Assembly: GCA_002269645.1 (NCBI GenBank)
Contig: NIVC01001549.1
Coordinates: 62,001-126,000 of the forward strand
Direction: 5' to 3'
Origin: Macrostomum lignano
Lineage: Eukaryota
Length of the DNA: 64,000 nucleotides
The notes under the pieces are model-generated. The model saw only the letters and a list, made by a program, of their open reading frames with translations, made no database searches and was not told the DNA's origin. Positions within the stretch are counted from its first letter, which is position 1; the number at the start of each line of letters is the position of its first letter. Positions 30,104 through 40,639 of this stretch are shown in pieces. The translations under genes and the position numbers were made by a program.

Positions 30104-31250
30104 TAATTTGACGAGCACGGAAATACGCTGCACTTTCTTGGCATTTCATCAAGTGAATAAAAAATGCTTCTCTTGATATAGTTCAGCTTAGCTTCACTGC
30201 TGGCCGCAGCTAAGCAGTTTTAATTTGCTTGATAGCAGAGAAGACTTGAAAAAGCCATAGAACAATACTTTTAAGCGAGCCTCTCAGATTTTTTGCCATG
30301 AATTGGCTCGTTTCGCGTCCCGAGGGTTTTAGTTGTCCCTGATAATCGATATAAGAGTTAGAAATCTGAAGTTTTGACCCTAAGTTAGAAGATAGGTAGA
30401 AATTTATGAAATGCCCAGGCGCAGTGAAGGGCGAAGCAGAAAAGCACAATAGAGCCTCTAGTTACTTATGAGAACAGCCAACAGAAGCAGCTTTATTAAT
30501 CAACTGTCAAGTCAATTTGAATAGCCGAATTTAATAAAGCCCCTTTTCATTCCAGTCAGTAGCGTCACTCCGCCGCAGGAACAATGGCGACTAAACCGGC
30601 TGGGAAAAGCAAACTGAGCAGCGGCCAGCTTAGAGAACAACGCGGTTCTCTAAGCACGATGCTTAGAGAGCATCTTCTGGCGCACCCTGAGGGAGAAAAC
30701 GTGAGGCCCACCTACAGACTCCTATTCAACCTGAAGCGGCCCAAGAAGGCGAGATCAACCCCAAGCTGCCTGACAACCGAGAGAAACAGAGGACTGTTTA
30801 ATCATCAATGGACAGAGTTAAGAGACGGAAAATTAAGCTCTTTTTCTTTATATTTCTATCCCAAATTTTATCCAACTCAACACATAGATTTGCGAAACCC
30901 CGAATAATCTCTAACCCTCACACTTACAACAACAAAACAACAACAGAGTACGCTGCCAGATCACAAAAGCAGCGTCAGATGGCGCGCTTCAAAGCTTGGG
31001 CGCGAACAAAAGCCGCACCGCCGACAGAGTTAGCAACTTAGCAACCTACTAGAACTATCTAAATCCATGTACAACTAGGGGACTGTGTCCCAGATTGTTA
31101 TTGCTCAAAAAACCCCACCGTGTCGATACACAACTTGTGCCATAGACTAAAAAGCTTGGTGACCGGAGGGGTGGGTGGATTCTAAAAATCGGCTTCAGAT
31201 TTTCATCCTTATTGGCACTCTATACTAGGCGACCTCAATGTAACGATATA

Positions 31251-31339
31251 TACCGATTTTTTTCGGCAGCAATTGCGTAAGCTGAAGCCGCGTAGCGGCT
31301 GAAGCTTAGTAGAGCAATTGCTGCCGAAAAAAATCGGTA
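31251..31339. repeat. Long hairpin: 26-bp perfect inverted repeat around an inner GCCGC-GTA-GCGGC stem-loop
   Basis: TACCGATTTTTTTCGGCAGCAATTGC (31251-31276) and GCAATTGCTGCCGAAAAAAATCGGTA (31314-31339). Confidence 0.92.
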
Positions 31340-31347
31340 CATGTCAT

Positions 31348-32237
31348 TATTGTACCCTTTTGACTTCCCTTGTCTATGGCCCAGACATAGTGCGGATGCT
31401 GAGTATGAAATGCGATTGTTGCCGGAATGCGCTTTGAAAGGGTTGTAGAGATAATCAATCGTCTATGGCAAATTTAGTTGCTCTCTAAATGAAAGGGTTG
31501 TAGAGATAATTAATCGTTTATGGCAAATTTAAAGGACAGTGAAGACAGCTAGCCTGGCTGCCATGAGTTTATTCTCAAGTTGATTTTGAGCTTGAATTAA
31601 TTCTCCTATTCGGAGTGCAAATAGGAAAAGTAGCTATGATTCGCTACGCAAACATTCCTGGCGGAGAAATATGTGGACTCTCCACGGACGAGTTGGCTTT
31701 TGTCACCCGAGAGTCGAGCACGCGCTACGTTCTGGAGATGGACAACCTGGATGCGTCGTCCAGTTCCAACGGGCTGCCTGAGCTAGGTAGCGAAGATCTG
31801 GAAATGTTGGACCGACTTGAGAGTGACTCAGTGCCGAAATCGACCGAGACGCAACGGAAGCTTCACGTGGGTCCAAAGTCACCAAGATTGACGACGATGC
31901 GGAATCCACCATCGAAAGTGTGACAACTGGGTCTGATAGAGGCGAGCTGATGAAAGCACCCGAGGGCGGCCAAGACCTGCCGAGAAGCCTCTGTGGTGGT
32001 CAGTTCCACAACTGCACATTCAACTTTTACGGAAAGTAAAACAATTGATTCGATCGGTTTGTTCTTAAGAACTTTTTGTGACTATGAAACACTTTCGCCG
32101 TGTTGCTATTGTTGTTCCTTGTTTTGATAGCCAAATACATTCGTCTGAAATCCGGCAACAATCGAAAAAAGCCGACAAACAATTAAATTGTTACCGCAAG
32201 TATGAATGCCGGAAACCATAGACAAAAGGGAACAATA
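31348..32237 (+). mobile_element. Internally deleted Crypton-like element (copy A) with subterminal inverted repeats
   Basis: N-terminal-like LEMLDRLESDSVPKSTETQRKLHV joined to C-terminal-like GGQFHNCTFNFYGK*. Inverted repeats TATTGTACCCTTTTG..GTCTATGG (31348-31379) and CCATAGACAAAAGGGAACAATA (32216-32237). Confidence 0.55.
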
Positions 32238-32463
32238 CTCTTTGGTCACTACGTACTAAACTACTCTTGAGTCTTGTCGATAGGCGATAGAGCTCGCACT
32301 TTTTGAAATCCACTCCCTGAATTTACGTGTTCACATCAAAAATGATTTGTCTGCCTCGTAACATCTATGAATGTACGTCTTAATAAAAGTATAGGCTTCA
32401 GAAACACGAATGTAAGCTACTACGTAAATAATAAACGCCGTTTAATTCACATTCTGTGGTTAG

Positions 32464-33030
32464 AATGTCCGAGGCTGCATTTAATGGTCCCGAGGCGAGC
32501 AAAGCGAAATACAATATGGAAGTCTTAGAAGACGTCAATTTTGACGCTGCTGTCGGAATTGAGTCGACAACTCGAGTTTCTGCTGAGTCCCTGGACGAAG
32601 CTGCTCTAGAAAAAAAGAATCAAAGAAAGCTTGCCTGTCTCTACCAGAGCGAAGGAAAAATGGGCAATGAAGTTTTTTAATCTATGGAAAGAGACGCGCG
32701 TCAACCGTCTATTGGCAGGCGAAGATTCGGGACTTGTGGTTCTCAAGCCAACCGAGGATCTGATGTTCTGCAGAACGTTTCTGTCTCGTCTGGATCATCA
32801 GCCTCGTCTGGTGAATCGTCTGAGCAAACTCGTGCTGTCTTGGCGTCATCTGGTGAATCGTCTGAGCAAGTCGGCGCCGATCGAGTCACAGACAGGCGTC
32901 GTCTAGGTGTCAAGTCTATTGTCGTTGAAGATGGGCGGCTGGAAATAACGTTAACCTACAGAAAGTGCATTTCTCGCCTCTTTCGCAGTCTCATCCTTTT
33001 CCCGAGGAACAACAACTTCTATGGTAATTT
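32464..33030 (+). mobile_element. Internally deleted Crypton-like remnant (copy C)
   Basis: KEKWAMKFFNLWKETR parallels WAVRIFDQW of the long copy. It is followed by an S/E-rich linker and KSIVVEDGRLEITL, which parallels the long copy C-terminus (RLNINGNTNTVEIVF). Confidence 0.5.
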
Positions 33031-33042
33031 ATCGGTTGTAGA

Positions 33043-33099
33043 AGGACTGAGAACCATTTCTCAGTCCCCAAACGAGGCCTGAGAAATAGTTCTCAGTCC
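33043..33099. repeat. Hairpin with 22-bp arms (21 of 22 match) and 13-nt spacer TCCCCAACGAGGC
   Basis: AGGACTGAGAACCATTTCTCAG and CTGAGAAATAGTTCTCAGTCCT. Confidence 0.92.
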
Positions 33100-33181
33100 T
33101 GCTATAAACAGTTGTATTTAACAAATGTAAACCAACAACAGGAAGTTCAAATAGTAAGATTTAGAAGCGTCTTGTAAGCAC

Positions 33182-34499
33182 TCACTCGAAAACGATTTCA
33201 ACGGTGTTGGTGTTACCATTGATGTTAAGCCTCATTTTCTTTGCAGGATTAGCAGTCACTACGTTACTTTGTTCCATAGCTTCAACAGAGCGTTCAGGCT
33301 CGGTGTCAATAGACAGACTTGATGACTGACCACCAGATTGAAGAGCATGCGATACTTTAACATGGTCTTGTACGTCAAACTGAATATAGAGCTCAATAGC
33401 TGTCGAAGAGTGTCCTGTAACACGAGCGATATCCTCTCTAGCAAAGCCAGCACGGTGTAGAGTACTTGCGCAAGTCTTGCGTAGAGACTGATTAGTGTAC
33501 CTTTCAGTCACTCCAGTTAGGGGAGCCGTTAATTCACGAACAATACCGTCCAAGCTGTGCCGGCCGACGGGTGCGTTTTGGTACCACCTGCCTTGCTGGA
33601 TGCTGGCATCGCTACGCATCCAAGCCAGGAACAAATTCTGAACCGTACAGTTTTCCGATCTTTTGTCCACATACAGCTTGTAGATGCAGGGTAGACATCT
33701 ATCATGATCAGCAGTATGAGATGCTTTAACGGTTTTCAATGGAACAAAACGTCGCTTTATGCCAGCGTTGTTGGTCTTCGTGGCTCTGTTCTCACAGTAA
33801 ACTAGAAGTTCTTGACCGTCTTCATGCTGCAACTGGATCTCACAGCTATATCTCAGACCATGCAGCTCCGTGCCTCCACGCAAAGCGAACTGCTTGCCAA
33901 GGTAGAACACAAGCGTAAACAGCAGTAATTTCGGCGACGTTGTTGCAAGACGTCCTTTCTGCCACAACTCCTCCTCCAGAGTTGCGGGAATTGGGCTAGA
34001 CGCATTTGTCCCCGGAACTAGGCCCTCTCTAGTAGCTTCTTTCATGGCAGCATCCAATGCCATTCTTGCATCCCTGCACGCAGCGTCCTTCCAGAGATTC
34101 AGTTCTTTCTTGAGCGTGTACTGCAGATAGTGTTGCATCATGGAAAATATGTCCCTAAGGGTCGTAGCATTGTATTTAGTGCCATCGACTTTTCGCACCT
34201 CGAGAATGAACATCTTTAATAGATAGTTCCAATCGCAAGCGTTCCATTCATGACGCTCCTTCAACACGAGAAGGCCAGTTGTATCACCATGTAGAATTCG
34301 ATTGTGTCGCTGCTCAAACCACTGGTCAAAAATTCTTACAGCCCATAGTTCGCGTATTTGGTGGGATAGCAGCGTCCAGCTTCCCTTGTATTTCGTCAGT
34401 CGAGAGCGTAGCGAATCGATCACTACCAGCAGCAGGATTCGTTGCAGCGGATTCTTTACTTTCAAAATATCGTAGCACTAGATCTAAGTCGTCTTCCAT
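33182..34499 (-). mobile_element. Crypton tyrosine-recombinase gene (DUF3504-type, copy B), near full length with one frameshift at ~34350
   Basis: QFALRGGTELHGL, TKTNNAGIKRR, CLPCIYKLY, WYQNAPVG, TNQSLRKTCAS, ARVTGHSS..ELY (R / x-x-x-R / H / Y). The natural start MEDDLD...RFATLSTDEIQGKLDAAIPPNTR at 34499 is out of frame with LWAVRIFDQW. Confidence 0.88.
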
Positions 34500-35045
34500 G
34501 GTTCTATTATATATGCAAATGGATGGACTGCTCAGTGCTCCATCTAGGTAGACGATTTATAACACTTTAGCCAGTCAGTCACATAGCTTGTGCCATAGAC
34601 TAACTGTACTGGATATTGATGCGTATTTTTCTTTCAGTAAATTAAATATTTTCTCCTCCTTTTTCATATAAGCTCCTAGTTTTTGTCAAATAATCTCTCC
34701 AAAAATTACCATAGACAACACATTCTCGGCTCAGAATAGTACAAATTTTTAACGATTAAATAAGCAATCGTATTTTATATGCATGTAATATAAATTACAT
34801 GCACAAATTATAATTGGAATTACACACTTTAAACTCGATACATTTGGGCATATCTGTATATGTAATAGCTAATAGTCAACAATGAACAAATCATTTCAGT
34901 TGGTGTATATTCTCCTTAAATATTTAATAGTTAGGAAACCCTTTCATTAGTAACATTCATTAGTCTTATTCAGAATAGTAGCAAGTTCTGACGGCACAAT
35001 TCAGTAGGTACTCATAAACTCAGAGCTTTGCTCATGCCATGCACA

Positions 35046-38000
35046 TCAATTGGTTCCGGTGCGCACCAGGTGTCTGGCCAGCAGCGGATACTCATCTCGC
35101 GTCAACAGCAGATCAATCTGGAACAGGTGGCTGACATCGTTGGCCAGGAAGTAGCCCAGAAATTTTCTCTTGCTGTCGCGGTCCGATTTCGGTATTTGAG
35201 ACAGGCTCAGCGCCGCTGGAGGCTTGATCAGCACGTCGGCGAAGGTGTCAGCTTGGCGGGTATGAACAAGGTGGTTTGGATTGCCAAAGTCTCTGCTTTA
35301 TCTAATTAGTAATAATGAATCATAACTGATTAAATACACCTGCCCTAATGGGCAAATGTGCAACCGACAGCTCAGCTGAAGGCTGCGTACGGCTGTTCAG
35401 TCCAAGGACTGGGGGGTGGGGTCGCCACACACTCAATTACCCCAGCTAATGCTGGCACTTATTTTACAGGTGAACTAAAGCAATGCAGAGTTAAGCGTCG
35501 TGCTCAAGGACACGAATTGTTCCGGGTTGAGTCGAGAATTGAACCCCCGGCCTTTCAGTCGGGAAACCGACGCTCTAAACCACTAGGCTGCAACACCTAT
35601 TATATGTACATGTAATGACTTATTTGTCTACATTTACTATCACATTTACAAGCTCCTTAACTCACCAAAGAGTGGCAGATCAGTGTCATTCTCGGAGCTA
35701 TGGGAATGCACCAGCTTCAGGAATGTGATCAAATAGACGAACACGTTTGCATTGATCTCGGGAAGGCAGTTGTAAATCTGGAGGAAATTCATTGATATCC
35801 TAAACTGTGCAATGTGTACATTCATTAAATACATGTCTTAGTTAGTAATTTAGCAGATCAATGCCACATTCACTCGCAGCTAATGAGGAGGCAAGGAGTC
35901 ATGCCCATTCCATTCTACCTACCCGTGAGCACGTACACACAGCTAGACGGATGCATACAGTATTCAGGCAACAGGGTCGGTGTGCAGCATGTACACTTGC
36001 TGCGCCTTGGAAGTTGAACTAATGGTGCGAATCGAACACACGAAATCAAACTTCGGGGGTTACTTAACTGATCCGAGAGTGATTAAATATACAAATCAGT
36101 TTTGGCTTTTACTATGGGCGACCAAAAGTGAACATCGATCACGCACCTCAAGTGAGTTCTTGAAACTTTTTGACGCGTCCATAATAGTGGAGTAAAGCTG
36201 TGACGGAAACAGACTGTCGGGCAGGCAGTCGAAGAACAGCACAATCGCTTCCAGTATTGAGTAGGCGCTCACGCTCGAGATGCGACTCTCGGCATTCCAC
36301 GACTCGACATTGTCCAACAGCCAGCGAATCTCTTGCAGATCTCGATGATAGCCGCCGCGTCTGAACAGGTCCGGCTTCTTTAAACAGCTCCTGCGCGCCG
36401 TTTCAACCAGTATTTTGAGCTCTTTGGGGATTAGGAAACGATGCATCGGGGATGTTTGAGCAGTTCTCGACGGGAGTGCGTAGAATCGGTACTTGGCGCT
36501 CAGAGCGTGGCTTGGCGAGAGGCGAAAGCTGTTGCCGCATCCGGCACCGTCGTCCATGATGCCTCCAATGGCCGGCTGACGCTGGTCGGTGGCCTTCATC
36601 GGAGCATTGTTGACAGGATTTTGTGCCTGCCGCTGTTGCTGCTGCGGTACCTGCTGATTTTCCTGCTGCTGTTTGTCTTGCTGCTGCTGCTGACTTGATG
36701 GCTGAGCTTGTTGCTGAACCGATTGGCCTTGATGCTTGTTCGGCGACTGTTGATGCACCTGCTGTTGCTGCTGCTGTTGCAGCAATTGTTGCAGGGTGTC
36801 GGCCTGAGCAAATCTGCCCACTGGTTGGGCCAGCTGCACCAGCTCGTCCAGCGGCATGCCGTAGCAACTACGTCGATAGGCAATTCGAGGCTTAACAGTG
36901 TAATCGCCGCCCGTCATCACGTGAATGACGAGATGCTGCGTCAAGCAGGATGGATCGCGCAATACCTGCACATTGACTGTCTGCTTGAGCTTGATCAGCT
37001 GCACCCCGCCAGGAGGTATGATTCCATTTTGCGGCTGAATACGCATTCCGGGCGGTCCGTAGCGCATCGTGTCGTAGCAGGGGACGAAGCACCACTCGGC
37101 CGGCAGCATTCCGGGGTTTCGGAGCACAACAACGCCGTAGGCTTTCTCTAGGAAACTAACGGAACGATCAAAGTCAACCACTTGGTTGTCAATCACAACT
37201 CGAGGCATGTAGACGTCGCGAAGCATTACGGTTTCAAGGAGGACCTTCTCTGCTTCGGTGTCGAAGCAGATGTTGTTGCGGCCGCTGCGCTGTAATGCGT
37301 TTCGGATGCACAGGTGTCAGTTTGGTTGATATACTAATGACTAGAGAGGGCTTATTGAGGAGTAAAACCTACTTTAGAAACGTTGTATCCAAGGGTTTGT
37401 ACATGTACAAGTGATTAGAGCTTCGGACTCGCGACTGAAAGGTCCGGGGTTCGATTCTCGTCCCTCTCGGAACAAGTTGTGTCCCTGAGCAAGACACCCA
37501 TTTAAAATTGGTGCCAGTACTAGCTCGTGTGTTTGGCGAACCCGCCCCCAGTCCCTGGACTGAACAGCCGTACGCAACCTTCATATGCACCGCGCAATAG
37601 CTGCAGCTGAGCTGTCGAATGCACATCTGCCCATTAGCAATGTAGCATGTGCACAAACATGTGTTGCATTAATTCATATGTCTGAGGCATCAAATTACCA
37701 AGATATTACTGAGGGTAGTAAAGCTAAAATCCTACTGTAACCATTAAACTGTACGTAAGTCACCAAGATCAAGCCCAGCGTTCTCAGCCAATCAACAACT
37801 CACCACTATGGTGAACGCGGAAGTAAGCGACAAGTACTTCTGGGTGCAACTGTGCCTCGCGTATCTGGTCTCAAGTTTCGGATAGGGACTGTTATCAACA
37901 GAGTCAACGCGTACAAAAGCTTTAGCATTGCGTACAAATTTCGATGAATGATTTATGGCGTCCATGTTAGTGAGTTCGCGCGGCGTTTTCAGTTTCACTT

Positions 38001-39890
38001 CCATGAACCGTTTGTCCGACGGCATGTCGTTCCGATCGGTCATGAGGCCTCGCTGCATCGTGGACTGGATAGAATGAATTAATCAGGGTAAGTACGGTGA
38101 ATATAGACTGCTATTTTTTATGGCTTTGAGATGTAGCACATGCACATGTAAAAATCACATTTGCAACGGTAAGCAAGTAAGCTTTTATCATTTAATCAGG
38201 CAGACAATCTGAATTTGAACTTCAATCTGACACCTGAGAAGCACTCCATAATCACATTGAAAAGAACGACACATAAAAATTCATAAATTTTTGAAGGCGT
38301 CATTAAATAGCGAGAGATACTTTTCGCAAACAAACACAAACTTCGATAGTCTGCTAAAATCAGTTCGATTCAGCATAGACAAATCCCCTGAAAGGACACA
38401 GTTTTCACCCTTTTCTCTGACCTTTAATGATGTTTAGATGCAAATCTTTGCGGAAAAAATCGTGTTGAAATTATTGTCTGCTTAGCACGTTAAAGAGCTA
38501 CACAAAACTACACTTCAATACACAACTATAGAGATTAAAATTGCAGTTCAGTCCATGTAAGCCCATTACTTTTATGTAGCCAAGTAACTTACGACTAGAT
38601 CCTCCATTGTCTTAGCGTAGATGTTAGACCGATTAAAGTCCTTAGCAAAAGTCTCATTAAACGCGTCCAGCGGATCGGCAATTTTCGATTGCGGTACTCG
38701 AATCTGCGACTGCGAGCGACCTACAGAGCTAGTCTTGGCCACGTTGAAGCGACCGATGGAACTGTCGGCAAAGTCCTGATTGTCACTTGCTGCCTGAGTA
38801 CCAGAGAAATCAGTGTCGTAGCTTCGCTGTCTCTGCAGCATGTAGGAGGAGTGCTCGTCCGAGAACTGGCTCCGCTGACGGACGCTGCCACCGATGCCCG
38901 TGGCCGCCCGTTCACGTTCGACAATCTCTAGCAGGGTTGCCGTGACTGGGAACTCGCCGAACGCGAATATTATGCTGCGGGTAAATTGGCCAGTTAGTGA
39001 ACTGACTCTGAATAGGAGAGTGACTGACAGGGAGACTGACAGGGAGACTGACAGGGAGACTGACTGACAGCGAGCCTGATTGACAGGGAGACTGACTGAT
39101 AGGGAGACTGATTGAGTTTAGTAACTCACTGTTGATAGCTATTCTTCTTGCTAAACAAGGTTTGGTTGTGCAACCCATTGCTGGACACCAGCTCCAAGTA
39201 CTCGATATCGTCAGACCACACGGCCGAGTCGGCACCCTCCATGATCATCAGGAAGGTGAGCACGAGTTTCTGAGTTGAGCAGCGCAGTGCAAGCATGTCG
39301 TGACTAAGATAGCTCTGCCTACCACCCTTGATGTACACAAAAGCGTCCTTCTTCGTGATCAGAGTGAACAGCAGAATGGCGCTATTGCCGCAGACGAACT
39401 CGGCCAATTGACAATAAATTGTAGAAGACGACTCGCCATTGTTTATCTCGGCCAGAGCAACTTTCTTAATCTCGTCCAATTTAGCGCTGAGCCTGGAAGT
39501 TCGCACGCCTACGGCGATTAAATCGAACAGATCGTCCATAGAAAACTTCTCAGTGATGGGATCTTCTGGTTCCGTTTGTTTGGCGGCGTCAGATGTCTGG
39601 TCGAGCTTTTGCACTACTCGCCTGACAGCCATGGTCTCTAGCGGCGATAGAATGTCCAACCTGCTGATGGAGTCGTCCTTGCACTTGCAGTAAGACAGCT
39701 TCACGTTGAGCTGCATCTGCAGTTCAATCTCTTGAAATCTGTTGGCCAGTCGTCGCTGAAAGATGGACATAAAGCGCGTGTCCAGTGGCGGGTGGGTGGA
39801 CTCGAACGGGCTGGTGTTCAGCTGCAGCCGATCAAACAGCTCCCGGATGGGGTGGTTCATTGCGTACTGCTTTCTGGATTCGTCCGCCAT
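35046..39890 (-). CDS. OCRL/INPP5B-like protein (divergent PH-like N-terminus, ASH, RhoGAP) without a 5-phosphatase domain; 6 exons (39890-39130, 38974-38593, 38064-37804, 37289-36147, 35777-35666, 35251-35046), about 954 aa
   Basis: Strong Kozak GCCATGG, all phases match (2,0,0,0,1). ASH-like YMPRVVIDNQVVDF..LRNPGMLPAEWCF..NGIIPPG..LVIHV..RSCYGMPLDEL; RhoGAP IPKELKILV..PDLFRRGG..AYSILEAIVLFFDCLPDSL..LPEINANVFVYLITFL..FADVLIKPP, all paralleling OCRL/INPP5B. Confidence 0.85.
35364..35588 (-). mobile_element. tRNA-derived SINE in intron 5 of the OCRL-like gene
   Basis: Minus strand GCCTAGTGGTTTAGAGCG (A box) ... GGTTCAATTC (B box), GTGTCCTTGAGCA central block, tail shared with the copy at 37410. 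Confidence 0.8.
37410..37617 (+). mobile_element. tRNA-derived SINE (same family, opposite strand) in intron 3
   Basis: GTGATTAGAGC..GGTTCGATTC..GTGTCCCTGAGCAAGACAC..CAGTCCCTGGACTGAACAGCCGTACGCA. Confidence 0.8.
39012..39112 (+). repeat. Short 12-bp-type tandem repeat (GACTGACAGGGA) in intron 1 of the OCRL-like gene
   Basis: Direct observation. Confidence 0.8.
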
Positions 39891-40639
39891 GGCGCCGGTG
39901 GTGGATGCTTTGCTGTTTTACTTGTCTCTTGAAGATTAAAGTTATTAAAATGGCAATCTAGAAAAACTATTCGAGTCTTTCTTTAAAACTTCCTAACAGA
40001 TTATTCAGTGAGTCTTCAAGTAAGGATTCACCATAGATAACGGCCTTGACTTCAATATAGCTTAGAAGACGACCGTTATCGACCGTTTTTTTGCTTTGAA
40101 AACATTTTAGAGTGTTGATTTGTCTCTTAATTAATGCTTTGTGCGTGTTTCAAGGATTAAATGTGCATGGTTTAGTGTGTGTGCAGAACTCTCTTCATCT
40201 TCCTTCATTCCTCACCAAGCCTAATGTCTGTATCACTAGCCAAATTGAAGCAAAATTTATCTGCTCTTTCAAAGGCTGTGTATATTTAAATGTGAGCAGA
40301 CTCACCCCCCCCCACCAAAGCTAGACTTTTTACTGACACGTCGGTAGGTTTTACACTCAGCAACATCAAGACTAAGTCTTCAACCTCTCGCACATCTGCT
40401 TTCTCAATATTTATTTAGTATCTCTTGCAAGTTTTGGCCATAGACAACCGAAGATCATTTAATATCGAACATAGGCAAAACTGAAATCGTTATTAGGTTT
40501 GACTAGCAATCTTCGCCCCCCGTTGGGGGACATCTGTATAGAATCTCTGTTCTCTACAAGTAACAAAAAGATAGCCAAAAAAAGCCTTCACAAAGAAAAC
40601 AGACAAAATACTCAAAGGAAGTGCAATGCAGAAAGAAAT

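Larger units (their letters stand above)
25226..30144 (-). pseudogene. Disrupted THAP-domain P-like transposase (N- and C-terminal parts only, catalytic core absent)
   Basis: Removing the inserts restores MPRKCSVFPCSSNYNSEAVRTRTFAFPRDPQERERWRKALPNILQ|RVTDNMGVCVKHWPSDAPMVKKNSTERPINPPSVF (C2CH THAP). C-terminal piece ...SEFTEELSHGKLCHPP...RRLANVFFKGLV...RKLRKLDAQ*, with frameshifts. Confidence 0.82.
22371..30341 (-). mobile_element. Internally deleted THAP/P-like DNA transposon, about 125-bp TIRs, native length about 2.1 kb once nested inserts are removed
   Basis: TIR CAGGGACAACTAAAACCCTCGGGACGCGAAACGAGCC... (left copy split by an insertion; right copy at ~30222-30341). Flanked by direct repeat ATAATCGAT (22362-22370, 30342-30350), or 7-bp TAATCGA if the termini extend by one base. 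Encodes a THAP N-terminus and a P-like C-terminus. Confidence 0.85.

Noticed and set aside
30480-31045. ORFs of 107 and 77 aa, and a possible minus-strand donor/acceptor pair
   Set aside because: No recognisable domain; all three frames after the putative acceptor close quickly; cannot be supported without RNA data
33182-34465. Bacterial or phage integrase (contamination or HGT)
   Set aside because: Motifs are DUF3504/Crypton-type and the context is spliced eukaryotic genes
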